A DNA stretch of 64,000 nucleotides from an uncultured virus (IMG/VR IMGVR_UViG_3300027865_000006). Taxonomy: Duplodnaviria; Heunggongvirae; Uroviricota; Caudoviricetes. The notes beneath the pieces were generated by a model. It was not told the origin of the DNA, searched no databases, and saw only the letters and a list, made by a program, of their open reading frames with translations. Numbering within the stretch: position 1 is the stretch's first letter; the number at the start of each line of letters is the position of its first letter. Both the position numbers and the translations under genes were made by a program. The stretch is taken from IMG/VR virus record IMGVR_UViG_3300027865_000006; one strand, given 5' to 3'. Below are positions 55,689-64,000 of the stretch, piece after piece.

Positions 55689-55955
55689 TGAAGCCGAAAA
55701 CCTAGCGTGACTAGGTTTTGAACTTGAAATTGATACCATCATTTGGTAGTTAGTTTGCGCGCCAGTTGTTCTTTCAGTGCTACGTTGGAACTATTTTTAA
55801 CGAGCCTTCGAGACAAGCTCGCTATTTGGTGGATGGAGCCTCACCCTCTATCCCTGGCGCATTTTTTCTTACGCCCTCAAAGCTCCGTTACTCGCTGAGT
55901 TACTTTCCCTTTCGCAGGGGGTAACGGGGCTCTGAGGTCGCAAGAGGAGAAAATT

Positions 55956-58211
55956 ATGGGTGAATTTAAGGGTCGAGTGACTCGGGTGCATAGATCCGGG
56001 GAAGAATGGAGTTCTGGCCGGATTTATTGCCACCATCTCGATAAGGAGATTGGCTTTGCTGGCTCTTGTTACGCCTCGACGGGTGTGACTATGACGCTTT
56101 ACGGGGAGCTGGTCACAGATCCCAAGTGGGGTCAGCAAATCAAGGTTACGTCCGGCCAAGTCGACCTGACGTTTACGGCGCAAGGGCTGATTGACTATCT
56201 CACCGACGAAAACAAATTCGAGCATATCGGGCCGGTGCGTGCTCGTGCTCTAGTCGACGAATTCGGAGTGGACGGTTTTCAAAAGCGCGCTGAAGATCCC
56301 TCGCGTCACATGGATTTCGCGAAGATCAACGGAGTCACCGCCGAAACTGCTAAGGGGATCCATGATCATTGGCAGGAAGCCAAGACGGTTAATGCCCTCA
56401 TGGTCGCGTTCCGAACCTATGGACTCGACCACGCGCGTGCAATCCAGGTTGTAAGAGCCCTTGGCGGTACCGCTGTGCTGCTATTGAGGGAAGATCCCTA
56501 TCGGTTGATTGACCTGGCTGGCGTGCCTTTCGCTGAAATCGATAAAGTAGAGAGAGCGGGTGGTATCGATAAGCGGGATGTTCGCCGAATAGCTGGCGTG
56601 GTTCTATCCGTCCTCACGCATCACGCAAAGGACGGGCACACTCGTATGGACCATAAGGCCCTCCTGACCGCTGCGCGCAATTACAGCGCCTATATGGGGC
56701 TTTCTGTCGAGAAGATGCAGGAAGCCGAGAAATACCGAGCTGGGTTGTCCTCTGGATCTCCATTTCAGTTGCTGGAGTATGGCGCGGCTTTGACCAGGCT
56801 CCTAAAAGCCGAGCAAGATTTCTACCAGTGGGTTGTAAAGAGCCGGTCGCAGCCTTCGCAGCTTGCGAAGCGTACACACACAGCTAGTGCTGTAGCACCG
56901 TCTGAATTAACCGCGCAGCAGCAACAAGCCTTTAAGCTCTGCCTGAATTCTTCTGTGACTTGGATTTATGGCCTCGCTGGCACCGGCAAAAGTTACAGCG
57001 CGAGGATGATTTGCGATCTGTATTCAGCAGCGGGAATGAGTGTGATGCTCATGGCCCCTACGGGCAAGGCTGCGAAGCGTCTCGAGGAGTCTACTGGACG
57101 GGTGGCCACCACTATTCATAGGGGTCTCGCGTGCCGTCCGAAAGTCGGCGGGGCGTCCGGTAAACTGAAGTTTACGTTCGAGGGCGATCCCCTCGAGGCT
57201 CAGCTCATCATAGTCGACGAAGTTTCCATGGTTGACTCCGAATTAATGGGTCACTTAATACGTCGTATTGATCTCACGCGAACATCTGTGATTTTTATGG
57301 GTGATGTCAATCAACTCGTACCAGTGGGAGCGGGGCAACCTGCCGTAGATATTCATAAATTTGAATGTTGCGTGCCTATGGTTCAATTGACCGAAATCGT
57401 AAGGCAAGCGGGTAAACTCGCGCACTATTGTGTTGATGTATTGGATAACAAAGTACGTGAAACTACGGACTATGAGAACGGGTGGATACTGCGCACGAGT
57501 GTTCAGGCTACCGATACCTACGAACATATTCTAGGGGCTTTCGAATCCAAGTGGACGGAAGAGTACGACTCGTTTTCGGATATTCAAATACTCACTCCTC
57601 AGAATCGAGGACCGTTAGGGGTCAACACACTCAACATCGTATTGCAGCGCCATTTTCAACTTTCGCGCTACGGAATCCATACGGATACACCGCTCGATGG
57701 CCACCCTCAAATCATGGTGGGAGACAAGGTTATCCAAACGAAAAACGATTACAATTTGGGGATCTTTAACGGTGATACTGGAATCGTTTTGGAAGTCGTA
57801 GAAGATCAGTTTCATACCTACAAAAAAGGGTCGATTTGCGTGGACTTTGGCTTGATCGATCCTGTATGGTTGTTAACATCAGGGGGATCTTCAAATACTA
57901 ATCAGACCAAGAATCTCAAGCTAGCATACGCGCTCACAGTCCACAAAGCTCAGGGCTCTGAATACCCTTGTGTCATCGCAGTCGTAGACCGAATACATAA
58001 ACATATGCTTACCCGTTCTTGGCTCTACACAGCCGTGACAAGGGCGCAAGAATCGATCTGCATTCTCGGCCAACTATCCGCTGCTCAAACCGCAGCCAGG
58101 CAAATACATTCACCAATCGCGAAGACTCAAGGCCCACGGCAGACCTACCTCAGTGCCCTCCTCTTGGAGGAGGATCTTGCTAACTGGTCTGAGGAGGAAA
58201 CCAAATCATGA
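55956..58211 (+). CDS. RecD2-like SF1B helicase
   Basis: N-terminal OB/HhH (HIGPVRA), GLAGTGKS, APTGKAA, VDEVSM, GDVNQL, FNGDTG, YALTVHKAQGSE, LYTAVTRA. Confidence 0.93.
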   Translation: MGEFKGRVTRVHRSGEEWSSGRIYCHHLDKEIGFAGSCYASTGVTMTLYGELVTDPKWGQQIKVTSGQVDLTFTAQGLIDYLTDENKFEHIGPVRARALVDEFGVDGFQKRAEDPSRHMDFAKINGVTAETAKGIHDHWQEAKTVNALMVAFRTYGLDHARAIQVVRALGGTAVLLLREDPYRLIDLAGVPFAEIDKVERAGGIDKRDVRRIAGVVLSVLTHHAKDGHTRMDHKALLTAARNYSAYMGLSVEKMQEAEKYRAGLSSGSPFQLLEYGAALTRLLKAEQDFYQWVVKSRSQPSQLAKRTHTASAVAPSELTAQQQQAFKLCLNSSVTWIYGLAGTGKSYSARMICDLYSAAGMSVMLMAPTGKAAKRLEESTGRVATTIHRGLACRPKVGGASGKLKFTFEGDPLEAQLIIVDEVSMVDSELMGHLIRRIDLTRTSVIFMGDVNQLVPVGAGQPAVDIHKFECCVPMVQLTEIVRQAGKLAHYCVDVLDNKVRETTDYENGWILRTSVQATDTYEHILGAFESKWTEEYDSFSDIQILTPQNRGPLGVNTLNIVLQRHFQLSRYGIHTDTPLDGHPQIMVGDKVIQTKNDYNLGIFNGDTGIVLEVVEDQFHTYKKGSICVDFGLIDPVWLLTSGGSSNTNQTKNLKLAYALTVHKAQGSEYPCVIAVVDRIHKHMLTRSWLYTAVTRAQESICILGQLSAAQTAARQIHSPIAKTQGPRQTYLSALLLEEDLANWSEEETKS

Positions 58212-58486
58212 GTGAGGTAAGCAGAAACCGTAATACTAAATTCTTTTTCGCTTTCCTGGGTCTCCTGTTCGGCGTTGTCGTAACTCTTTCAGGGTTACGT
58301 GGTTTACACGAACCTCGCGTCGAGATTCCAGTTGAGCCTTCCGAGGATACCAGTGCTGACGCGCAGTACGACCGGCTAATCGAAAAGTGTCGCGCTGCCT
58401 GTAAACCCAATGCAGTGAAGTCTTGCACCATGATTAATGACTGGGGCGTGTGGCCTCGAATTGAATGCTGGGGGCCGAAGCTATGA
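58208..58486 (+). CDS. Membrane-anchored small protein
   Basis: N-terminal TM, four Cys. Confidence 0.5.
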   Translation: MSEVSRNRNTKFFFAFLGLLFGVVVTLSGLRGLHEPRVEIPVEPSEDTSADAQYDRLIEKCRAACKPNAVKSCTMINDWGVWPRIECWGPKL

Positions 58487-58848
58487 AGTTACTTTTAGCC
58501 CATTTTAAAGAGCTCTATGATCTTCCTGAAGAGTGGACCTGGCAGAGATCCGATGCAATGACTTTCCCCGGATTTTGGATGCTTACGGGAGCTGTGTACG
58601 CTCCGTGTAAATCAGGCAAGCGTAAAGGCCAGCCTAACTGGCGCAAGCCTTTGAGCCCCAAAAGAACCTTGCTTATCGCTGAAGACGCCCACCGAGCATG
58701 GACAGAAGAATGGTCAAAGCGCACTGGTCTTTGCGTTAGGTGTACGGGGGACGGTGCGACTTTGAAATCCTGGGATCATATCAAAGGAGCAACACTTAGA
58801 CCCTGCCCTAAGTGCGACGGTACGGGGAAACGCGAGGGGAAGCTATGA
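58465..58848 (+). CDS. Protein with two CxxCxGxG zinc-finger motifs
   Basis: CVRCTGDG and CPKCDGTG. Confidence 0.6.
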   Translation: MLGAEAMKLLLAHFKELYDLPEEWTWQRSDAMTFPGFWMLTGAVYAPCKSGKRKGQPNWRKPLSPKRTLLIAEDAHRAWTEEWSKRTGLCVRCTGDGATLKSWDHIKGATLRPCPKCDGTGKREGKL

Positions 58849-59159
58849 CTAGAGCTGAATTACTCCTACGTCTAAACGTAATCGCTGGCGAGGATATGAA
58901 AGCCACGAAAGACACACTAGCTTTCGAGGACTCATGGGTGCCTGATCGGTGGTTTCGCGAATGTCTTCCTGGGTATGGCCCTTTGATGCGCTGCGAAAAT
59001 GATCACGTGTCAACCCAGGGACTGCAAACCGAGGACCAAGGAATTTTATGTTTTGGGTGTTGGGCGAAGGTGGTCTGGACCTTTCCGGAAGACGAGAACG
59101 GACCCCTCGAGGATAGCTGGACGAGACTTCAAAAACTACGCGAGAAGGATCAAAGATGA
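58812..59159 (+). CDS. Hypothetical protein
   Basis: Coupled operon ORF; CENDH...CFGC. Confidence 0.5.
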   Translation: MRRYGETRGEAMTRAELLLRLNVIAGEDMKATKDTLAFEDSWVPDRWFRECLPGYGPLMRCENDHVSTQGLQTEDQGILCFGCWAKVVWTFPEDENGPLEDSWTRLQKLREKDQR

Positions 59160-59461
59160 CTGAATTTAACTGGGAACGAGGCGTGAAATTGTGCCGCGAG
59201 GCTGAAGAGATGGAAGCTCAACTAGAGTGGTTCGACACTATAGCCCCAATAGAGCTTGACGTGCTGATCTCGAAGAAGGGGATTATGTGGGAAGCGCTTT
59301 GCGATGACGACCACGTGGACTTTGCCGACCTCGAAATAGTCAACGCTGTATGCAAGGCTGCCGTTGCAACACTCCGAAAGCAACTGTTTGATAAACGCGA
59401 AGAGCTTCAAGAGCTCCTACTCGCGAAACCTGGCCGTCACGGGAAGGTGGAAGATGACTGA
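59156..59461 (+). CDS. Hypothetical protein
   Basis: ATGA-coupled ORF. Confidence 0.5.
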   Translation: MTEFNWERGVKLCREAEEMEAQLEWFDTIAPIELDVLISKKGIMWEALCDDDHVDFADLEIVNAVCKAAVATLRKQLFDKREELQELLLAKPGRHGKVEDD

Positions 59462-59747
59462 AGAAACCACCATGACCAGCACTGACGTGTTTGAATTGCG
59501 CGGACGGCTTAACATCGATGTTCCCATGTTCGCCGCTATGCTCGGAATGTCTCAGAACGTGGTACATGCCTGGGAAGCTGGGGTTCTGCTAGTGAGCCCT
59601 AAATTCAGTTCGATACTCTTTGGGTTGAAAGACGCGCTGGACACTATCGAAGGCGAGGATACGAGTAATCTCGTGACTAACCTCATCGCGCAAGGCGGCT
59701 TGTTTCCCGCGACTATTGAGGCTGCGCACAAGTCGATGGGAAAGTAA
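59454..59747 (+). CDS. XRE-like HTH protein
   Basis: LRGRLNIDVPMFAAMLGMSQNVVHAWEAG. Confidence 0.7.
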   Translation: MTEETTMTSTDVFELRGRLNIDVPMFAAMLGMSQNVVHAWEAGVLLVSPKFSSILFGLKDALDTIEGEDTSNLVTNLIAQGGLFPATIEAAHKSMGK

Positions 59748-59775
59748 GTGAGCTGGCTACGCGAAAACGCGAAGT

Positions 59776-60276
59776 TTGGCTCACCTTTGCAAACGTAATA
59801 ATCTGAACAGGGGAAGAGTGATGACAACATGTAAAGAATGCAGGCAATACACCTTCGTGAATATGAGCGTGGATGAGAATAGCCTCCTTGCCTACTCCGC
59901 GAGTTCTCCACATTGGTGCAATCACTACAAGCGGGAGCTAACTGATCGCGAGGCTACAGAGGTTCCGTATAGACAAACCTGCGTAGGGTTTGGGTGGAAG
60001 GAGATCGTTGTGGATAAGCCTAAAACCTACATAGATTGGCGGCGAATCTCAGTGTTGAGTGTGAGCCTGGCTGACCGTGACGCGGAGATGAAGTTCTGTG
60101 AGGATTACATGGACAAGGAAGTCACCGTCACGGTCAGGGCTCCGGATTCGAACACAGTCATAACGGCTATAGGCCAGGGACCAGACACCGGAAAGATGCT
60201 CATGGATCTGCACAAGAAACTTTTGGAGAGTTCTTTGAAGCTCCGAGAAGAGCTGGATGAATTATTAAATGAATAA
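59776..60276 (+). CDS. Hypothetical Cys-containing protein
   Basis: CKEC...WC...C; likely start MTTCKE. Confidence 0.5.
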   Translation: MAHLCKRNNLNRGRVMTTCKECRQYTFVNMSVDENSLLAYSASSPHWCNHYKRELTDREATEVPYRQTCVGFGWKEIVVDKPKTYIDWRRISVLSVSLADRDAEMKFCEDYMDKEVTVTVRAPDSNTVITAIGQGPDTGKMLMDLHKKLLESSLKLREELDELLNE

Positions 60277-60341
60277 TTGAAGTACCCCCGCGCTCCCAAA
60301 GGGTAACAAAACCAGGCGCGGTTAGCAAGAAAGGGATCACC

Positions 60342-61064
60342 ATGAATCGCAAAAATGTAATCTTTTTATCGCTCGTTTTACTAGCCGTAATTGGCTGCAA
60401 TCGAGGCTACACATTGCACACCACGCCGATCAACAAGATCGCAGTGATCGGGCCTTCTGTTTACGGTGTTCAGGGCGTGCTCGACACCGGCAAAGGCTCA
60501 GTTTGGCGCACTGGCGTTGTGACTGGCGGTGATAAGTCCACTGGAGACGCTTTTGAAGCTGCAATCAGACAAATCCGTTTGGACACTGAGGCCTCCTTCT
60601 CGGAGCTCTACGAAGTAGTGTCCTCGGATTGGTTCTTAGAGCGTCCGGACGTGATCGCTTTGTCAGAAGGCTGCGCTGCACGGGCGGATTGCCAAGTGAA
60701 TTCACGAGGGGAGCTGCTTGGTAGTTTCGGGCGAAACATTGGCGGGGTGAGTTCCGCAGCAATACCCACCGAGAAAATTATTGAGCTTTGCAACTTGCTC
60801 GAGGTGGACGGAATCTTGATAGTGTCCTCACATTGGAAGTCGCTTGGCAAGTTCGTCAAGCAGGCTTACTCGCACTCCATAGCTAGGTTGTATGACCGGG
60901 AAGGCAATCACATATATGTTGCTGAAGGCGAGGCATATGGCGGGGCAGTGGGCGGCTGGAAGATCACTGCGATGAATGCAAAGACACTACCGAAATGGGC
61001 GGAAGCTCATAGGATTGCTACCGAGCAGAACCTAGAAAAATTCAAGGAGGCTATAAATGACTGA
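60342..61064 (+). CDS. Putative lipoprotein
   Basis: MNRK + hydrophobic core + VIGC lipobox. Confidence 0.7.
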   Translation: MNRKNVIFLSLVLLAVIGCNRGYTLHTTPINKIAVIGPSVYGVQGVLDTGKGSVWRTGVVTGGDKSTGDAFEAAIRQIRLDTEASFSELYEVVSSDWFLERPDVIALSEGCAARADCQVNSRGELLGSFGRNIGGVSSAAIPTEKIIELCNLLEVDGILIVSSHWKSLGKFVKQAYSHSIARLYDREGNHIYVAEGEAYGGAVGGWKITAMNAKTLPKWAEAHRIATEQNLEKFKEAIND

Positions 61065-61305
61065 AAATCGAGCTAAACTCACGCTAGTCCTACCTGAAGG
61101 CACTGAAGACACTCCAGCTACTGAGGCGCTAATTCTAGCGATGTTCGGGCTTGCGGGGCAGCACGATTTGAAGCTCAGTCTTTTAACTGGCGAAAGCGTT
61201 TCACCTATCACGGTATCAGGGGATATAGATTTAGTTTATGCAGAGAAGATCAAGCAAGCGGCTTTGAGTTATGTGCATATCTGGGAGTCTTCGAAGCCAT
61301 CGTAA
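61057..61305 (+). CDS. Hypothetical protein
   Basis: AGGAGG RBS. Confidence 0.5.
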   Translation: MTENRAKLTLVLPEGTEDTPATEALILAMFGLAGQHDLKLSLLTGESVSPITVSGDIDLVYAEKIKQAALSYVHIWESSKPS

Positions 61306-62009
61306 AAACCCTTCTCGAAATTATCCAAAATTCGTTTGATTGTTTTCGGGTCAAATGACTTGCCATTGCGCTGGTAAACTCCCTTGTCGGCTAGTTTAGC
61401 GGCAATTTTGCGGTAGCTTTCGCCCTTGGGCTCTGCAGTTCTCAAGTCGTGCATAAAGCGCAAAGCACCCATTTCATCCAAGTTGTATTCGAGGTGCATG
61501 GGATCGTCGTCGCACTTCTTCAGGCCGTAAGGCACAAGCCCGCCAATGTGCTCCAGGTTGCGCCTCTTGAATTGCATGACCGCTGATACTCGTTCCGAGG
61601 TTTGCTCCCGCTCTAGCTGCGCCAGCGAGCCCAAGAGATTCAAGCCGAACCGACCCATTGCCGTATCCGTATCGATGTTGTCACTCATGGAGATGAGCCG
61701 GTAGGCGCTTTTCGAATGGAAGTACAAATCGACTAGCCCTAGCAGGTCTTTGAGCGTGCGTGTGAGGCGGTCAATCTTTACTATGAGCAGAGCCTCGACT
61801 TCATTGTTGTCGAGCATACGCAGGGCGCTCTTGAGGCCCTCGCGCTTTTCGATGGTAGAGCCAGAAATCCCTTCGTCGCTTTTGATGTCTATGAGGTCAA
61901 GCTCCTTGGCATGAGCAAACGACTTCATGCGATCTGCTTGCTCTGCTAGGGAGTGCCCTCGCTCGGCTTGCATGACCGTGGAGACTCGTATGTAGCCAAC
62001 TGTCTTCAT
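61269..62009 (-). CDS. Serine recombinase (resolvase domain plus short recombinase DNA-binding domain)
   Basis: GYIRVST..Q, DEGISG, KIDRLTR, IDTDTAMGR, AQLERE, GLVPYG. Confidence 0.92.
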   Translation of the reverse strand: MKTVGYIRVSTVMQAERGHSLAEQADRMKSFAHAKELDLIDIKSDEGISGSTIEKREGLKSALRMLDNNEVEALLIVKIDRLTRTLKDLLGLVDLYFHSKSAYRLISMSDNIDTDTAMGRFGLNLLGSLAQLEREQTSERVSAVMQFKRRNLEHIGGLVPYGLKKCDDDPMHLEYNLDEMGALRFMHDLRTAEPKGESYRKIAAKLADKGVYQRNGKSFDPKTIKRILDNFEKGFYDGFEDSQICT

Positions 62010-62260
62010 GGTGCCTTTCCCGGCCACGCGCCTATTATTACGGTGTGCTCTGTTCGGGTTGTTCGGATGCTTCGCGACTTGCCCGCTATGGAATGCACGA
62101 AACCACCGTCCACTAGTCGGTCGAGCATGTAGGCAATCGAAGTAGCGGTTCGTTTTACGAGGCCGCATAGTTCTAGCTGTGTTGGAGCACTTCCGTGCTC
62201 TAGCCAGTATCCTTCAATAGCTTCGATGTATTCTAGCTGTGTTGGTGTTGGTTGATTCAT
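62006..62260 (-). CDS. LexA-like winged-HTH protein without peptidase domain
   Basis: TPTQ..YI..I..YW..HG.APTQ.EL...L..L...GF......RSI. Confidence 0.75.
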   Translation of the reverse strand: MNQPTPTQLEYIEAIEGYWLEHGSAPTQLELCGLVKRTATSIAYMLDRLVDGGFVHSIAGKSRSIRTTRTEHTVIIGAWPGKAP

Positions 62261-62379
62261 TATTTGTCCTCATTATCGTTATCGAGGAGATGAGCGGTGA
62301 GCCCTACAATAAGTAGGATTATTATGAATCCAATTAAGACTCCCCAAAGCCCAAAAAAGACTATTTCCCAAGTGCTCAT
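62260..62379 (-). CDS. Tiny single-TM protein (39 aa, not in ORF track)
   Basis: MSTWEIVFFGLWGVLIGFIIILLIVGL...; coupled at both ends. Confidence 0.45.
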   Translation of the reverse strand: MSTWEIVFFGLWGVLIGFIIILLIVGLTAHLLDNDNEDK

Positions 62380-62621
62380 GCTGAGCACTCATGAATAACC
62401 ACCTCGATTTCCATCCTTGTAGTTTGGATATTGCGAATCAATCCCCCCATAGGACGGATGAACCCTCCGTCTTGTAGGCGTTCGAGCATGGAAGCTACCG
62501 CAGGTTGTTTGCGCCCCATGAGGGTTGCTAGGTCTCGCTGCGTAGGGCTCATTCCACGGTGTTGCCAAAACCATTCGATAGCTTTGATGTAGGCTAGTTG
62601 TAAAGGCGTAGGTTCTTTCAT
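62376..62621 (-). CDS. LexA-like winged-HTH protein, paralog of 62006-62260
   Basis: PTPLQLAYIKAIEWFWQHRGMSPTQRDL...MLERLQDGGF. Confidence 0.75.
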   Translation of the reverse strand: MKEPTPLQLAYIKAIEWFWQHRGMSPTQRDLATLMGRKQPAVASMLERLQDGGFIRPMGGLIRNIQTTRMEIEVVIHECSA

Positions 62622-62636
62622 GGTTGATTCTCCCGG

Positions 62637-63098
62637 CTACGGTAAAGTGTCGTAGATGTAAGGATTCGCAAACATGAAGTAAATATTGCGTCCTTTGTCA
62701 TTCAAATCTTTACGGCGAATGAGGCAGTAACTGCCATTACTGTGGACGCTCCAAGAGTGGCACCATCCCCAGTTGGTTTTGTCATTACCAGTGAAGGCTT
62801 CATTACAGCAATCTTCAGGGCGAGTTCTTCTGACAGCTATGCCTAGTGCGGTCCCGCGAGCATCTTCCCAGAGTTGACCTTCCCACCCAGCAGCGTTCAT
62901 GTCGTGCTCTGTGATCTCGATATTGCCTATGCGGTAGGGTTGGGGAGCTTGAACTGTAGGAAGCAATTTTTCGGTTGACTCAGCATGAAAAATTCCCAGT
63001 CGGAAGATTCCCGTTATCACTGATACAGTGAGTATCAACAACCCAAGTGTCATAATAGGAGAAATTTTAATCCGCATTTTTAGTCCCCCTTTCGGCAC
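62637..63098 (-). CDS. Membrane-anchored hypothetical protein
   Basis: N-terminal TM, Cys pairs. Confidence 0.5.
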   Translation of the reverse strand: MPKGGLKMRIKISPIMTLGLLILTVSVITGIFRLGIFHAESTEKLLPTVQAPQPYRIGNIEITEHDMNAAGWEGQLWEDARGTALGIAVRRTRPEDCCNEAFTGNDKTNWGWCHSWSVHSNGSYCLIRRKDLNDKGRNIYFMFANPYIYDTLP

Positions 63099-63375
63099 CT
63101 AACACTGAAGTAACGTACCCAGTGTAATCATGAACCCAGCAACGTCTAAGGCTCTCAGACTCTCGGTCTGCGTCGGTATCAGGTTGTGCTCTGACTGAGC
63201 AGTGTTCATAGAGGTTTAAGTCGGGGGTAATAGAGGTTTGCTTACTTTCTGGAAGTTGTATTTTTTGAGCCGTGGCAAAAATGTGTATGCTTGAAGCTGT
63301 CAATGCAGTGTTAATGAAAATTGCAAGAAGCAACACAAGTCCTATGATGATTAATGTGCGTAATTCTGGGTTCAT
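63067..63375 (-). CDS. Membrane-anchored hypothetical protein
   Basis: N-terminal TM. Confidence 0.5.
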   Translation of the reverse strand: MNPELRTLIIIGLVLLLAIFINTALTASSIHIFATAQKIQLPESKQTSITPDLNLYEHCSVRAQPDTDADRESESLRRCWVHDYTGYVTSVLGAERGTKNAD

Positions 63376-63821
63376 TTAACCTCACCATTTTGAGGCTTTT
63401 TGTATTTCTCAAGTAGCCGGTGAATACGTTTTCCCAGGGATGATAATTTTCTAGTGTTGATATGGCAAATTTTTCGGTAATTGTCTTGAGCCGCATTACA
63501 AATACCCCACGGTGATTTCACTCCATCTAAAGGATCGCTTATGGGGTAAAGGGGGAGTACTACCATGAGCACCCTAGGGTTAGGTAATATGAAAATTGGA
63601 TGGTCAAAAGGCTCAGATTTAAATTTGCATGGAGCGCACTCGTCAGCCGTAGCTTGGATTTCAGTTTCTCGGTTTGTGTCAGTGGGGGTAGTTAAAGTCT
63701 GTTTGTTTTTGGGTGGTTCAATTTTAGCTGGATTATGATCAAGGACCATTAATCCTATCAAACAGGCCGCACCAATAGCGATTAGAAAACACTGCCAAAA
63801 TAGTAAGGTTCGATATTTCAT
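63372..63821 (-). CDS. Membrane-anchored hypothetical protein
   Basis: N-terminal TM; AGGAGG RBS. Confidence 0.5.
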   Translation of the reverse strand: MKYRTLLFWQCFLIAIGAACLIGLMVLDHNPAKIEPPKNKQTLTTPTDTNRETEIQATADECAPCKFKSEPFDHPIFILPNPRVLMVVLPLYPISDPLDGVKSPWGICNAAQDNYRKICHINTRKLSSLGKRIHRLLEKYKKPQNGEVK

Positions 63822-64000
63822 TTAGTCCTCCTTTGTGAGGCTTTTAGCCTCAAAATTTCTTTTACCTCGTCTAGCGTTATACAGTCCTCTGGGGGAGAAT
63901 AATTAAACTTCTGAACGATGCTTTCCTCTGGGCCATCGCTCATAATCGGCACTTCAAGATTTGATTGCGTATTTGATGGTCTTCCGGAAAGCGGCGTAGG

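Noticed and set aside
61269..62260. IS607-family element
   Set aside because: No N-terminal MerR-like HTH fused to the recombinase and no TnpB

Overview
The window looks like a large part of a bacterial dsDNA virus genome, with no host housekeeping genes, rRNA or CRISPR. Positions ~330-32,000 (minus strand) form a virion/late block. It holds a glycan-modification cluster (frameshifted sulfotransferase, FkbM methyltransferase, two glycosyltransferase-like genes), many membrane and tail-anchored proteins, four tandem LamG-like spike candidates, LysM and peptidoglycan-binding proteins, small Lys/Arg/Cys-rich proteins and a transglutaminase-like enzyme. It also holds a probable jelly-roll major capsid gene interrupted by a group I intron with a LAGLIDADG endonuclease, followed by three internally duplicated paralog-like genes. 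I could not recognise a terminase, portal, HK97 capsid, tail genes or packaging ATPase, so the block reads as a tailless, internal-membrane virus (inference). Positions ~33,000-48,000 are a replication module: DUF3987-like helicase, SNF2, a C5 methyltransferase with an overlapping second-frame subunit, PD-(D/E)XK nuclease, AAA ATPase, SSB-like protein, DEDDh exonuclease and a UDG-PolA fusion with an inserted C2H2 finger. Next come a lysis-like block and an AT-rich early region with four TGAATA-N16-CGTCTAAT promoter-like motifs, RadC, a beta-clamp and RecD2. The right end has a serine recombinase with two LexA-like HTH genes. All protein calls come from motif reading by eye, not database searches.
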